A stretch of DNA of 60,666 bases, counting the filler. It is 8 parts of 8 records of this genome, joined end to end, with 100 filler letters (N's around TTAATTAATTAA, not from the genome) between each part and the next. Parts side by side here need not be neighbours in the genome. Positions count along the whole stretch, not along the records: positions 17,675 to 20,170 come from SRR33789315_116; positions 20,271 to 34,012 come from SRR33789315_118; 6 more parts are not named here. The stretch is one strand, 5' to 3'. Both the position numbers and the translations under genes were made by a program. Shown here piece after piece: positions 20,098-30,045 of this stretch (position 1 is its first letter; each line of letters starts with the position of its first letter). A model generated the notes under the pieces. It ran no database searches, had not been told where the DNA came from, and saw only the letters and a program-made list of their open reading frames with translations.

Positions 20098-20270
20098 ACG
20101 TTTAAAAGTACGAAGTATACACTTAACAAAGCCTTACTTATTTGAACCTTACATCTATTGAGTATGGGTCNNNNNNNNNNNNNNNNNNNNNNNNNNNNNN
20201 NNNNNNNNNNNNNNTTAATTAATTAANNNNNNNNNNNNNNNNNNNNNNNNNNNNNNNNNNNNNNNNNNNN

Positions 20271-20294
20271 TTCGCAGCTAAAGCAGCTCCTACA
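20271..20294 (-). repeat. GTAG-family REP element
   Basis: Reverse complement TGTAGGAGCTGCTTTAGCTGCGAA: GTAG plus imperfect hairpin GCTGCT-TT-AGCTGC; at contig edge. Confidence 0.75.
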
Positions 20295-20313
20295 AAAGAC
20301 GAGGGCAGAATAG

Positions 20314-20529
20314 AGCAATATTACAGAAGGGGTGGAGCGTAGTTCTAATCCTGATAAGTCTCGATTTATCGAATATGCGAAAAGTTCTGCTGCTGAATTA
20401 CTAACGCAAATGGATATAGGCATTGAGATTGGATATGTCTCAGAAGATACGGGTAATGTTTGGATTAAAGAATGTTGTGAGTTATCTTTAATGTTGAAAA
20501 GTATGATAAATAAATTTAAGAATAATTAG
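20314..20529 (+). pseudogene. Four-helix-bundle (23S-IVP-like) protein, C-terminal half only
   Basis: SNITEGVERSS..KSRFIEYAKSSAAELLTQ..IG.EIGY; in-frame TAG at 20311 directly before SNI. Confidence 0.8.
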
Positions 20530-20549
20530 GGCTGATTGATTTAGGGGGA

Positions 20550-20750
20550 AGCAGGGTGAGGCAGTATCCTGTCCCGCTCTGTGATATTCTGCTTCATTCT
20601 GCATTTGAGGGTTTTTTTTTATGATAAAAGATAATTTTTTTATAAATTTCAATAATAAAGAAGCAGAATATTTAGCCTGTCCTACTCTGTCTCATTCAGC
20701 TAAGCCTGCTCCATTCAGCTCCATGCTGCCTCACACTGCTCCATTCTGTG
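20550..20750. repeat. Degenerate 10-bp periodic repeat tracts (consensus about TCTGCTCCAT) with nested inverted repeats
   Basis: cctgtcctac/tctgtctcat/tcagctaag/cctgctccat/tcagctccat/gctgcctcac/actgctccat at 20676-20750; 4 more units at 20568-20607. Confidence 0.8.
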
Positions 20751-20757
20751 TTTCCAA

Positions 20758-21477
20758 ATGATCGACATTCATAGTCATATTTTACCTGGGGTTGACGACG
20801 GGGCGCGTACATTGGACGAGGCGCTTGATATGTTGCGTTTGGCCGTTGATGGTGGGGTTACTGTGCAGGTATTAACGCCGCATATACATTTTGGGCGTTT
20901 TGACAATCAAAAAGCGGATTTACAGCAGCGCTTTGCGGTTTTTCAAGAGCAGGTCGACAGTGCCAATATAAACATTCGTTTGCAGTTAGGCAGTGAAGTA
21001 CGCATTAGTAGTGAAATAATGCAGCTGGTGGCGCAAGACGCTATACCGACTTTGGGTGTATACAATGGCAAGAAAACCTTTTTATTAGAGTTTCCGCGTA
21101 TTGAAGTACCCGTAGGTTACGAAAACCTAGTGAAGTGGCTGATCAATAAAAACTATCTGCCCATTATTGTGCACCCCGAACGCAATCAAACCTTTGTATT
21201 ACAACCGCAAAAATTGCAGGTACTGACTGACATGGGTTGCCCCTTGCAAATCACCGCCAGCAGCCTAACAGGCTTGTTTGGTGACGAAGCACAGCAGAAT
21301 GCTGAGTTGTTGTTACAAGAGGGCAGGGTAAGTGCTATTGCATCTGATTGTCATAACTTAAAGGGCCGTAAGCCTAATTTACATGAAGGGGGGCTCGCTG
21401 CTGAGTTACTTGTTGGGGCAGAGCAAGTGAGTCATTTAGTGAATGGTATTCCTTTACAACTTACATCGGGTGAATAA
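20758..21477 (+). CDS. CpsB/CapC/YwqE-type PHP tyrosine-protein phosphatase
   Basis: MIDIHSHILPGVDDGA, TPH, HPERN, ASDCHN. Confidence 0.93.
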   Translation: MIDIHSHILPGVDDGARTLDEALDMLRLAVDGGVTVQVLTPHIHFGRFDNQKADLQQRFAVFQEQVDSANINIRLQLGSEVRISSEIMQLVAQDAIPTLGVYNGKKTFLLEFPRIEVPVGYENLVKWLINKNYLPIIVHPERNQTFVLQPQKLQVLTDMGCPLQITASSLTGLFGDEAQQNAELLLQEGRVSAIASDCHNLKGRKPNLHEGGLAAELLVGAEQVSHLVNGIPLQLTSGE

Positions 21478-21528
21478 GCGATTCTCAAATATGTTTGTTC
21501 TTATATACATCACTAGAAACAAGAAATA

Positions 21529-22593
21529 ATGTACGAGAAAACCTTACAAACCTTAGAGGTATTTAAATACGCCGCCGGTGATGTTTCTAGCCCTTTAATC
21601 TGGGATAAAGAAGCCATTGAGCGTATTGAAACGCAGGTAATGGCAGAGCCAAGCTTAAGTCGTTTACATGCACTTATTTTCTATAACGCTAGCCATCTAA
21701 ATCACTTGGCTTGGTTTAGCCCCAACGCTATAGCGTTATTAAAATTAAGTGCGACTAAGCTGATTGTCGATATTGCCGCTAAAAAGCAATTTATTAGGCA
21801 ACTTGTGCCTATTTTAGCAAGCCATCACATTTCGGTTATCTTGCTAAAAGGCATGGCTTTTAACAAGTATATTTATACTGATGAGGCCCCAAGAGGGGTG
21901 TCTGATATTGATATTTTGGTGAAAGAAAGCGATAGAGTAAAGTTTGAAGATATTTTTAAGGCCTTAGCCTCTAAAGTTGACGTAGAAGCTAAATACGCTT
22001 TTGATGGCTTATACGAACAAACATGGCGTTCAAACGATAATGCCAGTCACTTAATTGATGTACATACCCATTTAACCAACCCAATATTATTTAATATAGA
22101 TAATGCTCAATTATGGCAGCATTCAATAGTTCATCCTGAATATGGCTCAGCGTTGATAAGAGTTTTGTCGGTCGAGCACACTATATTGCACCTTACAACT
22201 CATGTTATTAATGACACTAATTTTTATCATTATAACTTGGTGGATATTCATCGCTTGCTCAGTACATGTTCAATTGATTATTTATTAATGCAAAAGTGGG
22301 CTAAACGTTGGGGATTAAGTTTTGCTAGTCAATTTTTAATTGCTTGTAGTCAAACTTATTTGAATACCGATGTTGAATATAATGAGGTGGAAAAAAATAG
22401 GCGCGGGAAGCTCAAACACGCCGTGGCTAAATTAATAATAAACAGGCTTTTTCTGCTGCCCAGCATTGAAAAAAGCCCCTTACATCGAATTAAGCAGCTT
22501 TGTTGTTATGCCTTTGTAATGGATAATGGAAGCATAATATTTAAAATGTCACGTCACTATATATTGGGAATGCAAAAGAAGTTAAAACGTTAA
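21529..22593 (+). CDS. Nucleotidyltransferase family protein (NTP_transf_5-like)
   Basis: ILLKG..Y..R..SDIDILV, IDVH motif. Confidence 0.85.
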   Translation: MYEKTLQTLEVFKYAAGDVSSPLIWDKEAIERIETQVMAEPSLSRLHALIFYNASHLNHLAWFSPNAIALLKLSATKLIVDIAAKKQFIRQLVPILASHHISVILLKGMAFNKYIYTDEAPRGVSDIDILVKESDRVKFEDIFKALASKVDVEAKYAFDGLYEQTWRSNDNASHLIDVHTHLTNPILFNIDNAQLWQHSIVHPEYGSALIRVLSVEHTILHLTTHVINDTNFYHYNLVDIHRLLSTCSIDYLLMQKWAKRWGLSFASQFLIACSQTYLNTDVEYNEVEKNRRGKLKHAVAKLIINRLFLLPSIEKSPLHRIKQLCCYAFVMDNGSIIFKMSRHYILGMQKKLKR

Positions 22594-22688
22594 TTTTTTC
22601 TTGCTATTCAAAATATAAAAAATATTGGCGTTCATTGTAAAATCGAATTTAAGATCGTAAAAAGATAACGATTGTTACACTGAGGTTT

Positions 22689-23960
22689 TTAGGGAAGAAA
22701 TGTCCAAAATCCTAATCTGCGTTTTACTACGCAAACTGCCGCCAAATTGAAACTAATAAGTCCAATTGATGTAGCTATTGCTGCACCTACCACGGAAAAT
22801 AAATTAACTAAAATTAGTGAAAGTATTAAAGTACACATGCCCCCAAAAACGTACAATTTCATAAAATCTTTATAGTGACCTGACATATTTAATATGTAAC
22901 CCACTGAGCCCGTTAGCACATTAATATATTGTCCTATAGCCATAATAACGAATAACAAACTAGCTTCACTATATTCCGGACCAAATAATTGAATTATGAA
23001 ATTTGAATAAATACACATTATTAGGATAGCAGGCGTAACAAGTACAAATAGGCTAATTGTAGATTTAAAAGAAAGCTTTCTCATACCTTTAATATTCTTA
23101 TCATTCCATAATTGTGAATAACGAGAGGCATTCACCATATTTACCACCATTAGCATAAAGCCGATTAGCATCGATAATCTCTGAGCCGTTGATAAATATG
23201 CAACTTCTGTTGAAGCTAAAAAAATCCCTGATACCAATACACCAGACCATTGCATTAATAAAGCCATTGTTGATGATACCCATAATCTTATACTATCAAC
23301 AGTCATCTCTTTTTTATCAATGATGTAAATTTCTGCATTTGTCGGCTTTTGAAAGTTTTTATAAAAGAAGTAGCTAGCTAATAAGAAAACTAAAAAAGCA
23401 GAAACTAAATAAATTATTGAAAGTAAATCAACGTCAATTTCTACTTCTAATAAAAAATATGCGGTAGCTGAAGCCAATAGGAATATCACTGAGATTCCTA
23501 AATTTTGGAAAAACCCAGTTAAAAACAGCTTATTTAAACCTTGAGAAATCTGACTTATTAAGAAAGAAACTGAGATAAACGGTATTGAAAGTATGAATAT
23601 TAGAAGTACGTTAGCTAATTCTATTTTGTTAAAAACAGAATTAGCTAAAAAATCACTAAAAATAAGTAAGGTTATCGTTCCCAATAATGAAAATATAATT
23701 ACTTTTTGTAGAGCGTATTTAACGATTACTTGGGATTTTATTTCTCTAAAATCAGAAGATACAACACGTAAAATAATATTATCAAAGCCCATTCTAAACA
23801 TATAACTGATAACAGTGACAATCGCTAAACATAGAAGAAAAGCACCTGCTGAATCGGATGATAAAAACCTTGTTACCAGCAATGTAAGAAAAAAACCAGA
23901 AGTTGCTGAGAATAGTTTTACTAAAGCTGCAATAATGAAAGATCTATTGATTTTGGCCAT
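22689..23960 (-). CDS. Polysaccharide flippase (Wzx/MOP family)
   Basis: Many TM helices, LFGPEY, GSVGYILNMSG; in EPS locus. Confidence 0.85.
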   Translation of the reverse strand: MAKINRSFIIAALVKLFSATSGFFLTLLVTRFLSSDSAGAFLLCLAIVTVISYMFRMGFDNIILRVVSSDFREIKSQVIVKYALQKVIIFSLLGTITLLIFSDFLANSVFNKIELANVLLIFILSIPFISVSFLISQISQGLNKLFLTGFFQNLGISVIFLLASATAYFLLEVEIDVDLLSIIYLVSAFLVFLLASYFFYKNFQKPTNAEIYIIDKKEMTVDSIRLWVSSTMALLMQWSGVLVSGIFLASTEVAYLSTAQRLSMLIGFMLMVVNMVNASRYSQLWNDKNIKGMRKLSFKSTISLFVLVTPAILIMCIYSNFIIQLFGPEYSEASLLFVIMAIGQYINVLTGSVGYILNMSGHYKDFMKLYVFGGMCTLILSLILVNLFSVVGAAIATSIGLISFNLAAVCVVKRRLGFWTFLP

Positions 23961-24689
23961 TTATTTTCTTCTAACTGAATATCGGAATAAAAGTAAAAAT
24001 ATATAAGGCCCCTCAATTAAATATCTTTTCCATAAACGTTTTGGTGATTGAAATAGCCTAAATGCCCATTCTAAACTTAGTTTTTGAACGATTGTGGGGG
24101 CACGTTTTTCCGCTCCAGAAAGAAAAAGGATAGAGGCTCCAACACATAAAAACTCCCCCTGAACTCCAGCGTCACGTAATGCTAAAGCTAATTTTTCTTG
24201 TTGAGGCGAGCCAACACATAAAAAGTATAATGAATTGGTATAGGCTAAACATTCAGTAACTATGTTATTTATTTCATTAGGCCTATTGATAAAACCAAAG
24301 CTGGGTTCAATATGAGTAATTGATTGAGTACTATATTTTTTTCTAACAGTTAAAATATCATTTGTTGTAGCGCCAATTACGACTACATTCTTTTTTTTTG
24401 TAGCAAGCTTTTCAAAAATTAAGCGTGTTAGATCACTACCTGGTACTACATTATGAATTTTGTTATTTGATAAAAGTTTAAGCACTCTACTGTCATTCAG
24501 GTAAATATCTGTTTTGTCGTAAATGTTTTTAAATGAAGGATCTTTATGGTATCGAACAATGTGGTCTACGTTTGGTGTGACTAATATTTTGTTTGCAAAA
24601 TCACCTGAAAATAACTTTTCGACCACTTTTTCAATTGTAATATCAGTAATATTTAGCCCTAAAAAATGTGTCATTATTGTTTCTTCCAC
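23961..24689 (-). CDS. WecB/TagA/CpsF family glycosyltransferase
   Basis: VTPNVDH, GSDL, VGSPQQE, KRAP..LEWAFRL..PKRLWKRYL. Confidence 0.92.
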   Translation of the reverse strand: MEETIMTHFLGLNITDITIEKVVEKLFSGDFANKILVTPNVDHIVRYHKDPSFKNIYDKTDIYLNDSRVLKLLSNNKIHNVVPGSDLTRLIFEKLATKKKNVVVIGATTNDILTVRKKYSTQSITHIEPSFGFINRPNEINNIVTECLAYTNSLYFLCVGSPQQEKLALALRDAGVQGEFLCVGASILFLSGAEKRAPTIVQKLSLEWAFRLFQSPKRLWKRYLIEGPYIFLLLFRYSVRRK

Positions 24690-25570
24690 CGATTTACTTT
24701 TGTTTTTAGCCCTATGAAAATTCCATGAATTCCAGAAAATATATTTTTCATATTTTTTCTCTCTATAATGATGTGTACACCAAATAAAAGAAAAGAAGAA
24801 ATGAGAGCAAAACCCAAGCCATAAAACTTTTTGTTGTATAAAATAGCGGCTTTGTTTCTCATGAAATGATAAGCAGGACTTCTACCGCCAGAACCTCCAG
24901 AACCTAAGTGGAATACGTATGATGTTGGTGCGACAATGATTTTCCAGCCAAAACTGGAGGCTCTTTTCTGCCAATCAACTTCTTCAGAATACATAAAGTA
25001 CATTTCATCCATTAAGCCAACCTCACCGATGAAACTTTTTGATATAAGTAAGCTACAACCCATAATGTAGTCAGGTGACAAATCTGAATATTTAGAAATT
25101 GACTCCTTGTCCAAACCTTTTAAATATAACTTCGCTTTTCCTAGTAGTGGATATAATATTCCGCCACCATAACATTCTAATTTTCCATCTTTACTACGGA
25201 TAATTACCGAGCCAACGACACTCTTTTTGTTGTTGTACATGCATTCAAGCATTGGCGCTAACGCATTAGATTCTAGATAACAGTCGTTATTCAAAATCCA
25301 TATTTTTTCATAATCAAAATGAGTATTACAATAAGTGATACCAAAGTTATTGCCACCACCATAACCATTATTGACAAGGTTAGAAATCAGAATAACTTTT
25401 TCTAATACATTTTGCTCTTTTATCCATTGTTCGATTTTTTCTGCCGACTCATTTGTAGATGCATTATCGACTACTAATATTTTATCTATGTTAGTGTATT
25501 TTAAAACCGACTCTACACATTTAATTGTTGAGTGGTAGTCCATCCAATTTAAAATAAGTGAAATAATCAC
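24674..25570 (-). CDS. Glycosyltransferase family 2
   Basis: ILNW, VVDNAS, NNGYGGGNN, ILNND, YFMYSEEVDW. Confidence 0.92.
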   Translation of the reverse strand: MIISLILNWMDYHSTIKCVESVLKYTNIDKILVVDNASTNESAEKIEQWIKEQNVLEKVILISNLVNNGYGGGNNFGITYCNTHFDYEKIWILNNDCYLESNALAPMLECMYNNKKSVVGSVIIRSKDGKLECYGGGILYPLLGKAKLYLKGLDKESISKYSDLSPDYIMGCSLLISKSFIGEVGLMDEMYFMYSEEVDWQKRASSFGWKIIVAPTSYVFHLGSGGSGGRSPAYHFMRNKAAILYNKKFYGLGFALISSFLLFGVHIIIERKNMKNIFSGIHGIFIGLKTKVNRWKKQ

Positions 25571-25596
25571 AATATTACACCTTTATTTAATTCCAT

Positions 25597-26811
25597 TTAT
25601 AAACTCTTTTGTTTGATTATTTTTCTTCTTCTAGCCACTAATCCTAAAAATGATTTTATATTTAGATAAAGTCCACCTTTAAGAGCTGACTTCAATAAAC
25701 CAAATCCCTTATACTTTGGTGGCGTTAATCCTAAAAATCTAAAAGCTAGTAGTCGAGAAAAAATAGAAACTCTTCTGTAATATTGAAACGGTTGAATTTT
25801 GGCTAAAGTACTCATATCAAAATTTTCTAAAGCTATATGTGATGATAATTTCGCCTCACTCAATAATTTATTCCCCACTTTGTTACGTGAAATGACTAAA
25901 GATCTACCATCATTTTCTTCAAATAACGGATAACCATTATCATCACAATCCCATGCATCTGCGCAGACAATATCAGCAAATTCACCTATTCCGTCTACAC
26001 ATAATTTACACCTAGTCTGTAAATGCCGGTTTAAAATTCCACCCCATGCTTTATTATAGGTCATGCTAAATTGTTCATTTTGATCTGAAGTAATAGTTGT
26101 ATATCCAGGCCAGCCATTGCCTCTATACCTAATCGACTTTACATTCTCTTTTTTGACACCTAATTTAGTGTATATTTCTTCGGAGCCTTTAAAGCTTGGG
26201 GTTCCAGCACACATAAATGAAAGTAAATGAGTTATTGCCTTTTCGATTAAAGGATCTTGTTGTTTCAATTGATATACTGCTGCTACATCACATGGCTTAC
26301 CTACAAACGCATATTTTTTGGTTAAATCTAATTTACGAATTAGATCACATGGTGAAGCTGGCGAATACCTTGAACCGGCTGATTCGCGAAAATCGTAAAC
26401 TTTATTTCTTAACGAACTAATGTTGTCCAAATTTAGTCCTTGCGATATGTTAATCACAAAATCCACGATGTTATTTTGTACCAAATAATGACTAAGAGCT
26501 GATATTACCCCTCCAGAAGAACCTGATTGTCTTAATGCATCATTAGTGGAGTAACCTACATTGATACTATCGATTTGCCCCCAGATGCCATCATAATTTT
26601 CTTTTTTTACACTACTAATATCTAAATTTAATCCAGGGCAAACTTTGCAAAACTTCTTTTCAAGTTCAGGATCTTCAGGGGCATTTGTAATGTTTGGTCG
26701 ATTATAACCGTCAGGGCTAACCGTGATTTTAATTTCATCAGAAAAGTAACTGCAAATACCGCAACCAGTACAGAGATCATTTGCAAGAACTTTACTAAGC
26801 GCTTTTTTCAT
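25597..26811 (-). CDS. Coenzyme F420 hydrogenase/dehydrogenase beta-subunit-like Fe-S protein
   Basis: CTGCGIC, CP, GSSGG, VGKPCD, CAGTPS, YRGNGWPG, CKLC.D...ADI..ADAW. Confidence 0.88.
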   Translation of the reverse strand: MKKALSKVLANDLCTGCGICSYFSDEIKITVSPDGYNRPNITNAPEDPELEKKFCKVCPGLNLDISSVKKENYDGIWGQIDSINVGYSTNDALRQSGSSGGVISALSHYLVQNNIVDFVINISQGLNLDNISSLRNKVYDFRESAGSRYSPASPCDLIRKLDLTKKYAFVGKPCDVAAVYQLKQQDPLIEKAITHLLSFMCAGTPSFKGSEEIYTKLGVKKENVKSIRYRGNGWPGYTTITSDQNEQFSMTYNKAWGGILNRHLQTRCKLCVDGIGEFADIVCADAWDCDDNGYPLFEENDGRSLVISRNKVGNKLLSEAKLSSHIALENFDMSTLAKIQPFQYYRRVSIFSRLLAFRFLGLTPPKYKGFGLLKSALKGGLYLNIKSFLGLVARRRKIIKQKSL

Positions 26812-27979
26812 TAAATAACTCCACTAATCTCGACTTGTAATTATCTAACTTTCCTTTAGCAATAAGATTTCCTTTTTGGATAGCCTTTGTTAATTCTTCT
26901 CTATTATTAAACATCTCAATGGTTTTGTTGTAAGCGTCTTCTGTCGTTAACTCTTTTGCATCTACAACGGCGTTGTAACCTAAGTTCTCAAATACACCTC
27001 TAAATTTCATACTGTAGGCACATGGCACAACGGGTACTCCTGAAGAAAATGCTGCAATGGTTGCATGCATTCTAGCGCCAATAAAAAAGTCAAATCTTGA
27101 TATATATCCTTTTACATCCGATGGATTTTTGAACGTTGGAGATACTGTTGTTTCTGGATATTTATTTTGAAGGCGTTGGCAAATACTGACGTCATCTTCC
27201 ATTACTAACTTGCTAATAACATGCGGTACAAGACAGACCTCTATATTCTGAGCTAAAAAATATTCAATCAAGTTTTCTACGAAAGTATGATACTTCATTT
27301 TTAAGTCGAAATTGTTACTAGCCATGGATTGGTTGTACAATAACCCTGACACATTAATTCCCACTTTTAGGGGCTGGGTATTTTCATCTGATTTTACCGC
27401 GTCTGGGATAAACTGTAATGAAAATGCTAAATCTGTAAAATCTTCAACTTGCTTGGTTGTTAATTTACTGACGACGGATTTTGATAGAATGTCTCGCGAA
27501 TAAACTCTATCAGCAAAAAGTAACGTGAATCTTACGATTAATTTAGCCATTGTTGAATTAAATGGGCCATAGGTTTGTGGAGCTAAAATTAACTTACCGC
27601 AAAATAGTTTAGCCAAAATTTTTGTGATTGATTGATTAAGTAGTCTTGGTAATTTGTAGATATCTGTAAAACTATCACCCTCTCCAATATCAAAAATATA
27701 ATTACATTTTTTTAGATATTTGATCGCGGTAAAGTCAAAGTTGATCAAATTTCTTAAACCAAATTTTACTTGTTGTACTTCACAACCCACTTCTTTAGTT
27801 AGTTTATCTGCACCTTCGTCATCCGCAGAACCGTGACCAAAAACAATAAAAGTAACTTCATAGCCAAGTCCTTCTAGTACTCCTTTTATAAGTGCTGCGT
27901 GTGAATAACTTAAAGCACCAACTCCCAAGTTACCGGAAAGAAAATTATGCCAAAGTAAACCAATTGTTATTTTTTTCAT
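26795..27979 (-). CDS. Polysaccharide pyruvyl transferase family protein
   Basis: GNLGVGAL, GDSFTDIY, PQTYGPF, RD..S, GARMHATIAA. Confidence 0.9.
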   Translation of the reverse strand: MKKITIGLLWHNFLSGNLGVGALSYSHAALIKGVLEGLGYEVTFIVFGHGSADDEGADKLTKEVGCEVQQVKFGLRNLINFDFTAIKYLKKCNYIFDIGEGDSFTDIYKLPRLLNQSITKILAKLFCGKLILAPQTYGPFNSTMAKLIVRFTLLFADRVYSRDILSKSVVSKLTTKQVEDFTDLAFSLQFIPDAVKSDENTQPLKVGINVSGLLYNQSMASNNFDLKMKYHTFVENLIEYFLAQNIEVCLVPHVISKLVMEDDVSICQRLQNKYPETTVSPTFKNPSDVKGYISRFDFFIGARMHATIAAFSSGVPVVPCAYSMKFRGVFENLGYNAVVDAKELTTEDAYNKTIEMFNNREELTKAIQKGNLIAKGKLDNYKSRLVELFNEKSA

Positions 27980-28042
27980 GTAAAAGCCATAGTGTAAAGT
28001 TATAAAATTGTTGAGTAAATTACTCGGTTTTTGTGTGTATTA

Positions 28043-28927
28043 TTACCCGTAAATCATTGTTGTGTACTTTTCACAATTATTCATGATTATATTTATTTCG
28101 CTTTTACTTAGTTCAGATTCCCAAGCTCGGGTGAGTTCAAGAGGATTTCTTTTGAAGTCATGTAGTTGAGATTTTTTCTTACTCTGATTGCTAGAACTCA
28201 TATACTTTTCAACAATTTTTGTGTCAAGTCCGGCGGTTTTGTTACCAAAAAAACTTAGACAGCTACTTATCGTTTCAATGGGATTAGTACATAAATCCTC
28301 ATGACGGATGAATTTAAAGTTGTCGTTTTCAATTTGTGTATTTTGGGCTTGGATATCTTCCCAAACTTTACTAAATTTAGTAATTTCATCGCTATCAAAA
28401 TACTGGCTTAGGCGAGCAGCATCACTATTTGATGAATAGTTTTGCAAGTTTAATTTCCAACCCATGTTTTTAATTGAATTCCATACAGCACAAGGATGTC
28501 TTACAAGATATATCACTTTTATATCTAATTGTTCTGTTAAATATTTATTTGAACGACTTAAAAATGGATCTTTTAAAATTATATTTTTACGTTTTACCAA
28601 GTTAAGTAATCTTATTTTCCGCCATTCTTGTTCTGTTCTACCACCCCAAATTTTTCGTAATATTTTTTTTTGTAAATTATCAAAATGACTTTTTCTGGAG
28701 AAGTTCAAATGTTCGAAGTTAGATATTGCGTTTAGGTAGTTTAAATTCGACTCTGAATTAAGATTAATATAATCAAAATTTACACCCTCTATACCAAATG
28801 TACGATTAAAGGGTTCGTGAAATACATGATAATTATCTGATTCTTTAAATATTTTCCCTAGAAATGTCGTGCCACTTCTATGCATTCCTGACAAAACATA
28901 TATATTATTGATTTTATTTCTTAACAT
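28043..28927 (-). CDS. Sulfotransferase family protein
   Basis: GMHRSGTTFL 5'-PSB loop, HEPF, KDP, LVRHP..V..S 3'-PB motif. Confidence 0.88.
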   Translation of the reverse strand: MLRNKINNIYVLSGMHRSGTTFLGKIFKESDNYHVFHEPFNRTFGIEGVNFDYINLNSESNLNYLNAISNFEHLNFSRKSHFDNLQKKILRKIWGGRTEQEWRKIRLLNLVKRKNIILKDPFLSRSNKYLTEQLDIKVIYLVRHPCAVWNSIKNMGWKLNLQNYSSNSDAARLSQYFDSDEITKFSKVWEDIQAQNTQIENDNFKFIRHEDLCTNPIETISSCLSFFGNKTAGLDTKIVEKYMSSSNQSKKKSQLHDFKRNPLELTRAWESELSKSEINIIMNNCEKYTTMIYG

Positions 28928-28976
28928 CTAAATTTCCCTTTTTAGTGCAATTTATAAACATAAATTTTACGAAAAT

Positions 28977-30035
28977 TTACTTTATATATTTCTTCATTTT
29001 TAGCGCACGACTTTCAATAAAATACCAGGAAAAAATGGCAATAATGAGAGTGCAAATAAACGAGTAAATGACCATTAGCGGAATGGTGATATTCGGTACA
29101 CTAAATACTATAAATTGTTGAATTGGAAACGCATATAAATATAAGCCATAAGAATAATCCCCTAATTTGTTGAAATTACGGATAAAGCCACTTGGAACAT
29201 AAGCGAGGTAAAAAATAATGTACGGTAAAAATATAAAATAAGTGAATACAAAAATATTTTTATAAAAAGAGGTAATAATAATAATAAATATGGAAAAAAT
29301 AAAATAAGCCAATGATAGTTTTACTCTGTTCGAGTAAGCGCAATAAGCAGCCCCACAGAAGAAGAAAAATGTTAGTTTTATTAAGCTACTTGATAGATTA
29401 GGAGTTAAATGTATATAGATATTAACTGAAGCTAATACAATTACAGCGCTTAAAAGATAGAGTGATATATTTATATTTTTATAAACATTACATATTAATT
29501 GTAATGAAAGTAGAAATAGCGCTAATAATAAATACATGAATAGTTCATAGGGTAGAGTCCATAATGACCCATTAACTATGTTATTTAAGGGGGTTTCTAA
29601 GAACACTTTTGGTAATTGATATTCAACACCTGCAATCAACAATATATTCTTTATAGAGTATAAATAAACTTGGTTATTACTTAGGTAATCCGCAGGTTTC
29701 AGGTTGGTTGCTATCATTCCTAATACAAATACAGTAAATAATACGCAAAAGAATAAGGCCGGATATATTCGAACGATTCTTGCCCAAGCAAATGAGAGTA
29801 AACTTTTTCTTCTTTGAAAGCTGTTATAAATAAGAAAGCCGCTACTAATAAAAAATATATCTACCGCAATACTACCTAATGTCATATTGAGGCTATCTCT
29901 TAATGGTTCAGAGTGCTTAGAGCCCGTTACTATTACGTAACTGTGACTAAAAAGTACCATCATAGAAGCAATAAACCTAACTAGGTTAAAATTATTATTC
30001 CTACCAGACAGATAGTCGGCTAAGGATTTTTTCAT
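28977..30035 (-). CDS. Acyltransferase family 3 (O-acyltransferase)
   Basis: NNFNLVRF.A..V..SH, FFISSGFLI, RIYP, NGSLWTL..E, GDYSYGLYL. Confidence 0.92.
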   Translation of the reverse strand: MKKSLADYLSGRNNNFNLVRFIASMMVLFSHSYVIVTGSKHSEPLRDSLNMTLGSIAVDIFFISSGFLIYNSFQRRKSLLSFAWARIVRIYPALFFCVLFTVFVLGMIATNLKPADYLSNNQVYLYSIKNILLIAGVEYQLPKVFLETPLNNIVNGSLWTLPYELFMYLLLALFLLSLQLICNVYKNINISLYLLSAVIVLASVNIYIHLTPNLSSSLIKLTFFFFCGAAYCAYSNRVKLSLAYFIFSIFIIIITSFYKNIFVFTYFIFLPYIIFYLAYVPSGFIRNFNKLGDYSYGLYLYAFPIQQFIVFSVPNITIPLMVIYSFICTLIIAIFSWYFIESRALKMKKYIK

Positions 30036-30045
30036 AAAATCTCTT

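Noticed and set aside
20314-20529. Four-helix bundle as the Avd of a diversity-generating retroelement or a 23S intervening sequence
   Set aside because: No reverse transcriptase, TR/VR pair or 23S rRNA on this contig
20568-20750. Repeat tract as a CRISPR array
   Set aside because: Units are about 10 bp, degenerate and contiguous, with no spacers and no cas genes
25597-26811. Evidence of F420 or hydrogenase metabolism
   Set aside because: Stand-alone beta-subunit homolog inside a polysaccharide operon; no other subunits
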